Source of the DNA: Octopus vulgaris
Taxonomy: Eukaryota
NCBI GenBank assembly: GCA_951406725.2
Contig: OX597839.1
Span: forward strand, 12,214,001 to 12,278,000
DNA: 64,000 nucleotides
Reading direction: 5' to 3'
In this document: piece by piece, positions 24,521-38,567 of the stretch
Layout: each line of letters opens with the position of its first letter
Numbering within the stretch: the stretch's first letter is position 1
Translations under genes and position numbers: made by a program
The notes under the pieces: generated by a model
The model's input: the letters and a program-made list of their open reading frames with translations, nothing else
Told to the model about the DNA's origin: nothing
Databases searched by the model: none

Positions 24521-25763
24521 AAATATCTCTATAATAAGATGTACCAGATGAAGGACCAAATTTGTAAAGTAAACTGTATTAAACACACACACACAATTCT
24601 ACACATATGTTTTGGTTTTTGAAAATACAACATTGAACAAATGATATTCTAATATTTGAACGAAACCATTTTACTTTAATTTGTGGAACCAGTTGCTTCT
24701 GTATGATAAAACTTAATATTTATTTAGCTGTCAATCAGTGAGATATTAGACTAAATCAACTGAAGATCAGACAACAGACTCAGTGGTTGTCAGTTTGTAT
24801 TCTGTTATCTCTAATTTCAACACAAGGAAGTCTCTTTTTCAAGTATGGACCTTATGAAATTTTGCTCATCATACACTGACAGACAAATCTTTCAATTTAT
24901 AATTTAACAAACATAGTGTAGCATTTAGTGCACTGTATATTACTCTACATTCTTGTTGATCACCAAAGCAAATTGACTTTTCAAATGTGAATAAAACAAA
25001 CCTGTTTTTGTAATCCAGATTTTCCATCCCATGTAAGCACAGGAATCAAACATTTATTTCTTCTTCCTCTTTTTCTTCTTTCTTCCTTTCTCCAACGACA
25101 CCCCTTCCAGATTCACCCCCCACACACACACACACCTTCACAAAACAATAATAAAAAGAAATCCAGACAATTCTTTTTTGAAATGGCCAATTTCTAAAAA
25201 CCAAAAACCATTTACAGTTGCAAAAAAATAAAAACAAAAGTGGTACTGATTACTCTTAACAACTTGACCATTCCTCCTTAACACTTCTTTCAGATACAAA
25301 GACACAAACACACGCACCACACACGCGCGCACATAAACACACACACACTCTCACAAGACAATGATAAAAAGGAAATATAATTTATGGTTTTCCTTCTGTC
25401 CCTTTTCTTCCTTTCCTTCTTTTTCTCTAACACTTCTTTCAGATACAAAAACACACACAACACACCCATGCTCTCTCTCTCTCTCACTTTTTCCCCATTC
25501 ATCACCCTCTTGTACTATCTTATATCCCTCCCCACAACTACACACTCAATAACACTATAAAATGGTCAAAATTTTTCAACAGGAACTTAGTTCAATTTGA
25601 AAAATCCACCAGAATGGACGAAAGCGCTGATATATGATATAAGTTATATGATGTATTAAAAAAATGTAATATACAAATAAATATCTGTAAATATAAAACC
25701 ATCCGAATTTCTGAGTACCTCATTTCTTCTAATATAAAATACCTGTACATCATCTCCAAACCG

Positions 25764-25839
<76 letters not shown>

Positions 25840-26333
25840 GTATATATATATGTATATATATATGTATGTATATATGAATATTTTTTAAATCTTAGGGAAT
25901 AATAAGTATTCCAGGTTATCAGGACATTTACTATTTTACACTTTACTAATGCAATGGAAACAGTATCATTCATAATATTATATCATTACTGTTGTGAGAA
26001 TGCAATAAACTGTGTGTATGCATGTTTATGTTGTTTGCGTATACATGTTTATACGAAAATATATATACTGTTTATGTATGTATTACAAACGCTCGTCAGC
26101 CAGACATTGTCCATTCTGTACTCTAGTATTTACATTTTAGGGATTTTACCAATAGAACCGCAACTCCTATTTCAGGAAAAAATTTTTGTTTGGAATACAC
26201 AAAGAAAGTTATATCCAACAAAATAATACAAGCATTAAAAAAAACCTACTATAAAAAACAATAAAATTATTAGAAAAAATCTATATAACTTACCTGTTAT
26301 TAGTCTGTGGGGAAAGAAAATATTTTTAATCAA

Positions 26334-26412
26334 CGCTACACGTGTTTCTGCGCTGGTAGGAGTTTATAAAGTATATACCAAATACATTAATCCACCAGTG
26401 CGTCCTCAGGCA
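26334..26412 (-). ncRNA. Type I hammerhead motif with a long stem II
   Basis: TGC-CTGAGGA-CGCACTGGTGG...CTACCAGCGCA-GAA-ACACGTGT-A-GCG. Confidence 0.75.
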
Positions 26413-26828
26413 ATTTAACTTTATTGTTATTATTATTAACAGATCAAAGTTAAAAATACATATTATAAGTCATATTAAATAGAAAAATAAGAATATGAAT
26501 ACAAATATAATATAATAGAAATATAATAAAAATATATAAATTACAAATATATTTTTTAGAAAATTAAAAAATTAAACAAATTTTAAAAAATTTAAACACC
26601 TGAAATTACAATACCGATATTTTTTTATAGAAAGTGCTAAACGTAAGGAAACCCTCAACGACTATATTATAAACACATAAAATCCTACAGCCTATCTATA
26701 TAAACATTATGGGAATTAATAATTTAGTGTAAGATTTATCCCTATCTATACAAGTATAAATTACCTTTTTTTTTTGTCAAACGTAAGTTAATAGTATTTT
26801 AAAAGATTATTTAGTAAAAACCACTATA

Positions 26829-27339
26829 CAGGGATTCCTCGACTTGCGCGAGTAATTGGGGGACGCGCAATTCGAAATTCGCGCATGACGAGTACCAGAT
26901 ATTGTTTTCTATAAATATTTTCCAGGATAACTGCTAAATATTGTTATATTAAAGAAACACTTAGAGAAAGTATTGAATGAACTTTCTTTCTATTTGAAAC
27001 CAAAAAAACTTTTATTGGTGACTGCTTTGTACGACATACTGTATTCTTTCTTTATACCATGCTGAGAAAGGTGACACAAATAAAAGAAGAGTTTAATGTA
27101 AAGCTAAATAATAAATAAAACAATGAAAATTAACTTTAACTAAAACATGTTATCAATTACTCAAACACAACTATTTTTACTTTATGTATATTTGAAATGA
27201 TGGATAGATAACAAGATAACAGACAAGGCAATGCAACCATGGATAATAAATATTTTTACAAGCGCAAGTCGAGAATACAACTCGCGCAACCTGAACACTC
27301 GGTATCAAAAGTTGGCTCGCGCAAGTCGGGGAATCCCTG
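26829..27339. mobile_element. Intact Tigger/pogo-like MITE
   Basis: 24-bp TIRs CAGGGATTCCTCGACTTGCGCGAG / CTCGCGCAAGTCGGGGAATCCCTG (1 mismatch), TA on both sides, subterminal GCGCAAGTCG repeats. Confidence 0.92.
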
Positions 27340-27498
27340 TATATGTTATAAATTTATTGAATAAAACTAGTAAAAAAATTAACACGGGAAGAGTACTTAC
27401 CTTCCCATTCCTACTCTGTCTCTGTCATGTGTATTCCATACAATAAGGTTATCCTGAAATAGAAATTGCGGTTCTATTAGTAAAATCTCAAATTTGTA

Positions 27499-27606
<108 letters not shown>

Positions 27607-27609
27607 TAT

Positions 27610-28110
27610 ACCTACCCCTTTCTTAAGCCGTTGTTCTCACGCGTTCAAAATAAATTTTCTTTCGTTCGGCTTAACAACCCTTAACGTTTGTATTACTGTT
27701 ATTCTACCTGTCCTGTCGTTTACTGTTTTTATTTGTATTTCTACTGTCTTGTATTGTTTTTACTGTCCTGTTTTTGTTACCCCCTCCTCAAAAAATCTCA
27801 AATTTTATTTAATTTGCTTTGCGGGAAGGACCGTTTCACCGGAGTTGTGTTTCGCCTTTACCTTCGAAACACGGAGTAGACGAAACAGAGGCGGTTGAAG
27901 AAGGGGAATTTTCTTTGTGTTGTATGTCTTGTACCCTGTTTTTTCGTTGTTTAAAAAAATGTCCGTTTCCATGGTTCTGTTTTTATGTTTTCGTTTCTCA
28001 TTGTGTTCGACGTTTTTTTGGTGTCCTGTACCCATATATGCATGTATATACACATATAGATGTAGGTACCTATATATATGTATGTATATATGCATATGCT
28101 TTATTTATTA
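27610..28110 (+). mobile_element. TA-flanked retroelement-like 3' end family carrying the permuted hammerhead
   Basis: Homologous to 41142-41522 (+), 41556-41932 (-), 50925-51110 (+) and about 4230-4405 (-). Confidence 0.7.
27825..27906 (+). ncRNA. Non-circularly permuted hammerhead-like motif
   Basis: GAAGG..GTTTC..GTGT-T-TCGCCT-tta-CCTTC-GAAA-CAC..GAAAC..AGGCGG-TTGAAGA. Confidence 0.65.
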
Positions 28111-28133
28111 TCTAGTTATTATATATATATTAT

Positions 28134-28162
28134 AATTTTGATCTAACCAACACACACATGTA

Positions 28163-28236
<74 letters not shown>

Positions 28237-28265
28237 TACATGTGTGTGTTGGTTAGATCAAAATT
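28134..28265. repeat. 132-bp palindrome centred on (TA)n
   Basis: AATTTTGATCTAACCAACACACACATGTATG.. / ..CATACATGTGTGTGTTGGTTAGATCAAAATT. Confidence 0.93.
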
Positions 28266-28440
28266 TTTTCGTAGCTGGAATTGGTTAGTTTTGTTCAATG
28301 TCGTCAGTTGTGGAATATGATAATTTTGTGTCTTGCCTGTTTACTAGTTTGCGATACTTGTGGTTGGGAGGAAGTGTTTTTGGAGTATTCTGTGAAAATA
28401 ATTTGGCTATTTTTATTTTTGATAAATGGCAGGAACCATT
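28266..28440 (-). pseudogene. PLE ORF remnant (post-RT linker region)
   Basis: ..KIAKLF..PPNHKYRKLVNRQDTKLSYSTT resembles the PLE pattern FP..HK..KIFNR...K.SYS; frameshifted. Confidence 0.55.
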
Positions 28441-28966
28441 TATCAATTTGCAGGCAACGTTTGCTTATTCTAAGAACCGTTATAAGGGTAAGCAGTTTTC
28501 ATTGAAGCAGTACACAGCAATCAAATTTCATGTCGCATGTCCGACAATAGCAGAATAAAATAGATGAGGTAAAGACACATTTTGGGGGCAGGTTTTAAAG
28601 ATAAGTGATTTATTACCTCAATATTCCTCATATATACACAAAGCGACATAATATATTTATATATACTATACACGGTATAACATATGCTATATATCTTCTC
28701 ATTGCATCAGTCACTGGACTGCCCCAGTACTTATTTTTTTAAAAGCCTGGTCGGCTTTCACCTTTTGTCGAACTGCTAGATTACTTGAACGTAAACAAAG
28801 CAATATGAAAATTTAAATTTAATGTAATTTAATTCTTCAAATTGAATTAATTGGGTATGGAAACAGTTGTAGGTGTAAAGAATTTGATGCTATAGTCAAT
28901 TGAATGTTGTTCAAATAAATTGATGTCTATATATTAATTTCTCCATTTCCTTTTTCTCAAACAAGA

Positions 28967-29014
<48 letters not shown>

Positions 29015-29112
29015 CAATGCATAAATAATGGTCAGTATATATTTTTCTTTATTGCCGTAAATTTTTAAATGTAAGTCAAATTTACTACATTAAAGAAAAT
29101 TAGGCAAATGAC

Positions 29113-29527
29113 AGATCTTTTCGGTTTGAACGGTCGTTTTTTAAAATAATTTCCACGTAACTAAACACTTTTAAACTTCGTATACTGGTAGAATGCGTTT
29201 ATAAAACATCTTTTTCTCTTGGCTTTATTGAGAAAATTCTATAGTTTGTAAGATATTTGTTGTTGTTTTTCTTCAATTTCTGCAATTTCAACCAATCAAT
29301 GACGTCTATTGAGGTGAAGACATTCTGTGCCGTATGAATATGTCCCTCGTTTAAGAAACAGATTGGGTTTATTTACATTTGTGAAGAAAATAAGATACCC
29401 TTCCCTCACCCTAACCCTAACCCTAAAACAGATTGAAATGCAATAGATCGATACTAGGGTCATGATTATGGGTGACAATTTCATATGACACCGCTAGAAA
29501 AAACTGTCGTTCAAACCGAAAAGATCC
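29113..29527. mobile_element. MITE with long TIRs, an 8-bp TSD and internal (CCCTAA)n
   Basis: TIR GATCTTTTCGGTTTGAACG / CGTTCAAACCGAAAAGATC; flanks CAAATGAC and CAAGTGAC. Confidence 0.88.
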
Positions 29528-29769
29528 CAAGTGACTACTATTTATGCCTTGTCTTGTATATCACTGTGAGTGAAAAACCAATATAACTGGAACACAACAA
29601 TGGATACAAAATATAGAATGGTGATGAAGTAGAATCTACTCTGCCACAAGATTACGCAGAGTGCTTTACTTATCTAAATGATATTGTTAGTCTGGAGTAT
29701 TAACACAGGACTTATAAAGTATTTTTCCCGGATTGATAATCCCTCACTAATAACTCCGTTATATATATA

Positions 29770-30150
29770 CATAGGAGTGGCTGTGTGGTAAGTAGCTTGC
29801 TTACCAACCACATGGTTCCGAGTCCAGTCCCACTGCATGGCACCTTGAGCAAGTGTCTTCTACTATAGCCTCGGGCCGACCAAAGCCTTGTGAGTGGATT
29901 TGGTAGACGGAAACTGAAAGAAGCCCGTCGTATATATGTTTGTGTGACTGTGTTTATCCTCCCAAAACATCGCTTGACAACTGATGCTGGTGTGTTTACG
30001 TCCCCCGTAACTTAGCGGTTCGGCAAAAGAGACCGATAGAATAAGTACTAGGCTTACAAAGAATAAGTCCTGGGGTCGATTTGCCCGACTAAAAGCGGTG
30101 CTCCAGCATGGCCACATTCACATGACTACAAAACAAGTAAAAAAAAGAGA
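29770..30150 (+). mobile_element. SINE family A, full length
   Basis: Head GGAGTGGCTGTGTGGTAAG..., CORE-like GGCACCTTGAGCAAGTGTCTTCT, tail ...AAACAAGTAAAA. Confidence 0.93.
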
Positions 30151-30854
30151 GTATACATGTGCACACACACACAGACACACACACACGCATGTTTGCTCTA
30201 CGCATGCGCACTACTCCAAGCAATATCAGTTACTCCGCACATCGCTTATAAATAAAATAAAATAAAATAAAAAATCCTTTTTTTTTCTACACGCCACCAT
30301 CTTTCTCACACCCGTTCATTACACAAAACTAAACAATCTTCTTCCTCTCCTCCGCCTACCCTCTCGCTCATTCTCTCATTCCTCTTCCTTGCTCTCTCCA
30401 CCTCCACACCGCCACCACCACCACTACCACCACCATCGTCATCAGAGGAGACTTTATTACTCTTCAAAACCAATCTCAAATGTTGGTAAGACTTCAAGCG
30501 GAAACAATTGACATACACTTGTGATAAGATAGACGCCAGTGGTACTGGATGGTACTGTGGCGGTGGTAGCGGTGGTGGTGGTTGTGAGGGGTGGTGGTCG
30601 TGGGTGGATGTGGTGAGTGATACAAGTGTTGCAGGGGCGAAGGGAGTTGAGGGGGCGAGAGAGGGGAGAGAAAATACGGTGGTGGTGGTGGTGGCGGTGG
30701 TAGGGAAATGAGGTGTGGAGCTGTTTGTATGTTTTAGGGGTGTTATCAAAGAGAGATAACAAAATATAAAGGTTGGGAGGAAGAAGAAATAAAAAGGCAA
30801 AAGAAAAAGAAAAGGGAAAGAGAGAGACATAGTGAGAGACACAATGAGAAGGCA

Positions 30855-30902
<48 letters not shown>

Positions 30903-30954
30903 TTGTACGGAGAGAGAGCGGGAGAAAGAGAGAGAGAGAGACGGTGGAAAAGCA

Positions 30955-30999
<45 letters not shown>

Positions 31000-32204
31000 T
31001 ATAGAAAGGAAGACAGACAGATGGGCAAACAGTGAGAGACAGATAGTGAGAAAGAAAGAAAACAATATATATATATATATAAAAAGAAAGAGGGGAGTGA
31101 GAAAGAGAAAGAGGCAGTGAAAAAGAGAGATAAATGGGGTGAAAAAAAGGAAGAAAGGATTATTGGCGTAGTAAATTAAAATGTTTTCCTACCACCACCT
31201 CTTATACCTTTTCCCCAAGGCGGCTGTGACCGTTTGTGAAATAGTTCCGACGTAACCCTAATGCAAAGAAAATGAGGGAGAGAGGGAGTGGGAGGGGGAT
31301 GAACGAGTGAGACTGACAGAGTGACAGAGGAAGAGTATGAGGAGTAGATTTACACACACACACACACACACGCGCACGCACACACACACACACCACATAT
31401 ATACACAGACACACATGTATGTAATATTATCGTAATTATCTTCGTTGCTTGCCTTCATGTTCAACCAAGCAAGACTAATACATACGTAGTTCTTCTCCCT
31501 TGGTTATCGTCTGCTTTAGTCATTTGAAGTTGCTCGCTCACCCTCATTGTCGCTCTCTCTCTCTCTCTGTTGATGATGAAGATGGCGTTGGTGTTAGTAA
31601 TGACAGCGATGACGACGACAACGACTACGATGATGATGACAACGATGATGATTCCTGTGCTCAGAATTGAGAGAAAGGGATTTGTCGGGATAATATAGTA
31701 TTTATGTGGGTCTCATTTGAATGATCCTGATGTAGTCTGTCCTCCTATTCGGACTATTTCTTTTTATTGTTTATGTTTTTTTACTTTTTCTAAGGCATAA
31801 GACCCCTACCGTTTATAATTTGCCCCCTTGTAATGTTTTCTCATCTATCGCCACCTTATGCCAATGAAACAATCTTTATTAATGGCGATACTCCATCTTC
31901 ATAGCATAAGGTTGCATCGGGCGCAATTCTGGAATCGTTGCAAAAGAAAAAATCACCTCTTTCTCATATCCAAATATCAACCAGGGAACCCAGAAATTCC
32001 ATTTCCCAGTACAACTGGCGTTAGCAATGAGAAAGAGAAAGAAACACAGAACGACCCACATCATCATCATCATCAGCAGGAGTAAGTGAGCTATGGGGAA
32101 GCTATCTTTCACAGCAGTGGCTTTCCAATCAATTTTACTGATGTGGACGAGATCGAAGTCACGAGAAGGGAACTAGCCGAATTGTTCGAAAGAAAAAGAA
32201 TAAA

Positions 32205-32550
32205 AGGTTGTGTGGTAAGAAGTTGGATTCTCAACCATAGTTCCGGGTTCACTCCCACTGCATAGCACCTTGGGCAAGTGTTTTCTACTGTAGCCTCGGG
32301 CTAACCAAAGCCTTGTGAGTGGATATGTAGACGGAAACAGAAAGTAGTGTGTCATTGTGTCTGTGTTTGTCTCCCATCACCGCTTGACAACCGGTGTTGT
32401 TCTTTTTCCGTCGCCGTAACATAGCGCTTCCACAGGGAAAAGAAGGCCGATAGAATATGTACCAGGCTTAAGACGAAAATAAGTCCTGGGGTCGATTTGG
32501 TCGACTAAAAGCTTGAAGACAGTAGCCCAAAATGGCCACATTTACTGAAA
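32205..32550 (+). mobile_element. SINE family A, diverged
   Basis: Matches the consensus. Confidence 0.8.
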
Positions 32551-32714
32551 AGAGGAAAACCTCTCAAACCAGGAGGAATCGATGACTTATGAAAGAGAGC
32601 GCGCCCTTCTCTCGTGAAAAAGGATTCCTTTCCATTGAAGAGGATTCCATCTCTGAAGAAGAATCCATTTCCTTTGAGAAATAATCCATTTTCCTCAGAA
32701 ATGAAATTAAATTA

Positions 32715-33072
32715 ACGGCCCCTCGTCGTTGTCATCTCTATTAAGTAATTGAGCCTCTTCATATTGATGTGTGCGAAGGGTGCCGGTGCCCGAGGTGGCT
32801 GTTTAGGCCAAGGGCGATATAGAAGAGCCCGGGACATTTATCGCAGGAGAGTTGGTGGGGGATGAGGAATTGCAAATCGCTTTTGATGTCGTCAACATAT
32901 GATCTCTGCCTTTCGACGTCTGTTATTTTCTATCTGGTCCGGTCCCTCGACGGTGAGATGCCGCTATTTTGGGTGGTCGCTGGCAATTATCTCCCAGGTA
33001 TTTAGGTCTATGGTGTAGCAGAGGAGAGTGGCCTTGAGCTAGTCTTGGAAACGGAATTTGGAGGACAGCCCT
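32715..33072 (-). mobile_element. RTE-clade LINE ORF 3' end with a C2H2-like finger
   Basis: KFRFQD*LKATL..IDLNTWEIIASDHPK*R...CDKCPGLFYIALGLNSHLGHRH, typical of an RTE/BovB C-terminus. Confidence 0.78.
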
Positions 33073-33767
33073 TCATAAAACGGAATTCGAAGTACAAAAA
33101 AACTGAGAAAAATCGGCTTTAAGAGTCGTACTTCGAATATTTTTACTTTACGTTACAAGCCAATCAACTCCTATGTCTTTATTCCCTGCTGTTCTTCAAA
33201 ACTTTTGCCGGTTGTAATGAAGAAAGTAATTATGGGACCTGCACCATCCCCTCAATATTGCAGGCCATTATTATTTAATATACGCCCAACAGATTAGACT
33301 GTATGTGTGTATGTATGTATGTATGTATGTTCTGAGTACAAAATTAGACTGCTTCCGGTTGTGAAGCAGCAGTTAAGAAGTTCTGGGGATGTGAGGAGCT
33401 TGGAGTCATCCCTTAATTACCATTGCTCCCAGGTCCGTTAGTAGCTGTCAAGCCCCCCGTTTATGGTGTAAATAGATTTCCCAGGAGTAGAGGAAGCTCC
33501 CATTATTTTTGACAAAGCCGTGGCGGGATGGTGGGTCTTCTAGGAGAAAGATACTCTGACCTAAAACAATTGCCGTCAAAACAACACCAGTCATCTCGGA
33601 ATGCTTGTCACTGGAAGCTACTATGGCGACTGGGAGAGTGGCAAAAGTATTATACAAGCTTTAGTCACTTAATTCTAATGACGTACAGATGTCTCACTAT
33701 TGTGAAACGGCTATCATCTGACAAGATGAAGCAATCATCATGTACGTATGTATGTATGTATGTATAA

Positions 33768-35110
<1,343 letters not shown>

Positions 35111-35711
35111 AAACAAAATAACAAATCCATCGAAAATCTATCTTGAAAAGTCATACAGCCTTAATTTTGTTGATTTTCTTACACCCACCCCGATCCTTTC
35201 CTCCTGTGGCCACCCATCTTCATTTGCCCCGTCTCTTTATTGTGCTTTTGAAGGAAGGCCGCCCACTTAGATGAGCTGTCCAGCTAAATACACATCTGCA
35301 CTAACCTTGTTTCTTTCCTTCTCTTTTTCTCGCTCCTACCGTCGATATGAAACTCCTGCGACCACAGCAACAACCACGACGTCGACGACCACCACCACCA
35401 CCACTAACACCAATACTACTACTACTACTACAATCGCTACGACCACAACCAACGCTATAACCAGTGTCACCAACGCTGCTGCTGCTGCTACTACTACTAC
35501 TACAACTACTACCACTACTGCTACTGCAACTACCGGTCTTGAAGTATTGATGATGATGATGATGAGGAGGAGGAGGAGGAGGAGGAGGAACAGGAGCAGG
35601 AGGGGGACGCTGATGATGATGATGAGGAGGAGGCGGATTAACGTCAGGTCAGCTAGCCAGCAACGACCATCCAGTCTTTGTATATACATGTCTGTACGTA
35701 AGCACGCATGT

Positions 35712-35880
35712 AGAAAGGGGTGCTGAAAAGTCCCTGCTTTTTAGAGTATCACGAAAGGCCTGGTTGGACGTCCAACCTTCCGAGTTCTTTTACAGAGCTT
35801 AGAAAAACTGAAGGACCGCTTGCAATTAGTGTGTGAATCAGTGAGGAGAATGTTGAATAAAAGCATAATTAACTGATGCC
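35712..35880 (+). mobile_element. mariner MITE remnant
   Basis: GGGGTGCTGAAAAGTCCCTG TIR-like start; FFYRA*KNLKDR..CVNQ*GENVE*-like C-terminus. Confidence 0.6.
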
Positions 35881-35983
35881 AACAACATATATATAGTTGG
35901 AATTTACAAAAAAAGGGTGGGGGCAAGACGTGTGTGTAAACAATAAACAAATATATTAGCTTAACGCTCGGGAAATAAGAAAG

Positions 35984-36020
35984 TCTTTTACGTTTCGAGC
36001 CTACGCTCTTCAACAGAAAC
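35984..36020 (-). ncRNA. Minimal hammerhead-like motif, A6U core family (copy 1 of 4)
   Basis: TTT-CTGTTGA-a-GAGC-gtag-GCTC-GAA-ACGT-A-AAAG; also at 39190-39226 (+), 51905-51942 (-) and 55804-55841 (-). Confidence 0.6.
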
Positions 36021-36168
36021 AAACACAGAAATAAGCAGAGAGAGAAAATAAAAAAAGGTTTAGTGGCTAGCGATCAATGCATGTATGTATGTATGTGTGT
36101 ATAGCTCATTTGCGGACCCATGAAAAATAAACCACCAACTAGTGTGTCTATATATCTGTGTACACCTT

Positions 36169-36210
<42 letters not shown>

Positions 36211-36669
36211 GTGGTGCGATGTTATTTTGAAACAATAGGTATATAGGGTGAGAAAAATGTGACTGACATTTCTAGCAAGACGAGCGATCTCTTTGTGGCT
36301 GCGTCGTTTTGCAGGGTTAAATGGATAATGTCAGGGTCGGTGGTGTTACTTGATGGGTTGAAGTGAACAGGGGTTTATTTTACACATGGTGTGTATATGT
36401 GGATAGTGGTGGAGGGCAAAGTACGAGGGTGTCAAGTGTGAGGTCGGAAGGAAAAGAAGGGAGCCATCGTGAATGCATTCACTGCAGGTTTACTGCTTAA
36501 GGAACCAGCGTGGTGTAGGGGAGGAGAGTAAACGAAGACATGTGTATATAATACAAATATGGCATGTGTCTAGAATATCAGCATGACATATGTTTGTGTA
36601 TATGTGTGTATACATACATACATCCTTAGATAATGCATGTACGCATGTATGTATACATGTATGTAAATA

Positions 36670-37740
36670 TTGGTTTCAGATTTTAGCACAAGACCAGCAA
36701 TCTCGGAGGAGGGGCTAAGTCGATGACGTCGATCCAAATGTTCAACTGGTACTTATTTTATCGACCCCGGAAGGGTGAAAGACAAAGTCAACCTCTGCAA
36801 AATTTGATCTCGGGACGTAAAGATGGAAGAAATGCGTCTAAGTATTTTGTCCGGCGTGCTAACACTTCTGCTAGTTCGCCACCTTAGTTTATGTAAATAC
36901 TCCTCTCTATTATCTTTCTACTAAGGGTACAAGGCCTGGAATTTTGGAGGCGGAGTACTGACGATTACATTAATCCCAGTACTCAACTGGTACTTATTTT
37001 ATTGACCACGAAAGGATGAAAGCAAAATCGACCTCGTCAGAATTTGAACTCAACGCGAAGACGGATGAAATGCCGTTAAGCATTTTGTACGGCGTGCTAA
37101 CGATTCGACACCCTACTTTACCCTTTTTACTTGTTTCAGTCATTTGGCTGAGGCCATGCTGGAGCACCTCCTTTAGTCGAGCAAATCGACCCCAAAACTT
37201 ATTCTTTGTAAGCCTAGTGCTTATTCTATCGGTCTCTTTTGCCGAACCGCTAAGTTACGGGGACGTAAACACACCAGCATCGGTTGTGAAGCGATGTTGG
37301 GGGGGACAAACACAGACGTACAAACATATATGCACACATACATATAATATATACGACGGGCTTCTTTCAGTTTCCGTTTACCAAATCCACTCACAAGACT
37401 TTGATTGGCCCGAGGTAATAGTAGAAGACACTTGCCCAAGGTGCCACGCAGTGGGACTGAACCCGGAACCATACGGTTGGTAAGCAAGCTACTTACCACA
37501 CAGCCACTCCTGCGCCTCCTTTATATAAATATTCTTTGCTCCTCTAGGCACAAGGCCCGAAATTTCTGGGGGAGGGGGAGCAGTCGATTAGATCGAACCC
37601 AGTACGCATCTGATACTTAATTTATCGACCCCGTAAGGATGAAAACAAAGTCGACCTCGGCAGAATTTGAACTCAACGCGAAGACGGACGAAATTCCGCT
37701 AAGCATTTTGCACGGCGGGCTAACGATTCGACACCCTCCT
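36670..37740 (-). mobile_element. Three tandem SINE family B copies with a full family A copy (37123-37516) inserted
   Basis: B motif TTTATCGACCCCG.AAGGATGAAA..CAAAGTCGACCTCG recurs at about 36758, 37000 and 37621. Confidence 0.85.
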
Positions 37741-38144
37741 TTATATAAATATAAACGAAGTAAATGGAGTAAACAACTTAATTGCGTACGTAATACAACA
37801 ATTGTTTCATTGACACTTTGCCAGCAGATTATCGCTAGGATATTAAATAGTATACTAAATAATACATCAAATCAGTATTAGTTAAGTAACACTGGGAAAT
37901 ATCAACTTTTCAGATATATGTATAGTGCGCTTTACACACTCACACACACGCATGCAATTTGTAGAACGTGGTTACATTTGAGAAGAGAATAACCTGCAAT
38001 ACGGATTCAATACTAGGGAGGCGTGAATATTATTTTACATAAATAAATAAATACCTTACAACCCCACAAACGTTTCAATGCTAAAAACGTGTTCTCCTTT
38101 GAGAAACTGCTTCGCCTTTCTAACATTTGAAACATATCATACAT

Positions 38145-38181
<37 letters not shown>

Positions 38182-38567
38182 GCATAGACACGCACGCAGA
38201 CTCACTCACACGTGGGAGAGAGAGACTAAAGAAGAGAAGCCCTCTCATAAATGTCAGCATGAATTATCAGCTTACATGTGTTTAGACATTAGATATAGGT
38301 GTTAATACCAATAGGAATGATTATAAAACAGACACACGCAAAAACAGGCATAAATGTCTGCGATTGTGCGCGTGTTTACGGGCACTGTATGTGCGTGTAT
38401 GTGTGAAAGTAATATTTATAAATGGAGAAGGATGGATATAATGATACAAAGATTGATTGATAGAATATATATTGTTTTATCACATCTGTCTGATGAACGA
38501 TCACATGAAACTCTGAACAGTTTGTGAATTTCTTCGGCTGTGACAAAATAGTTGATATATATATATA

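Noticed and set aside
29403-29426. Telomere or fusion scar
   Set aside because: Only about four units, internal to a MITE.
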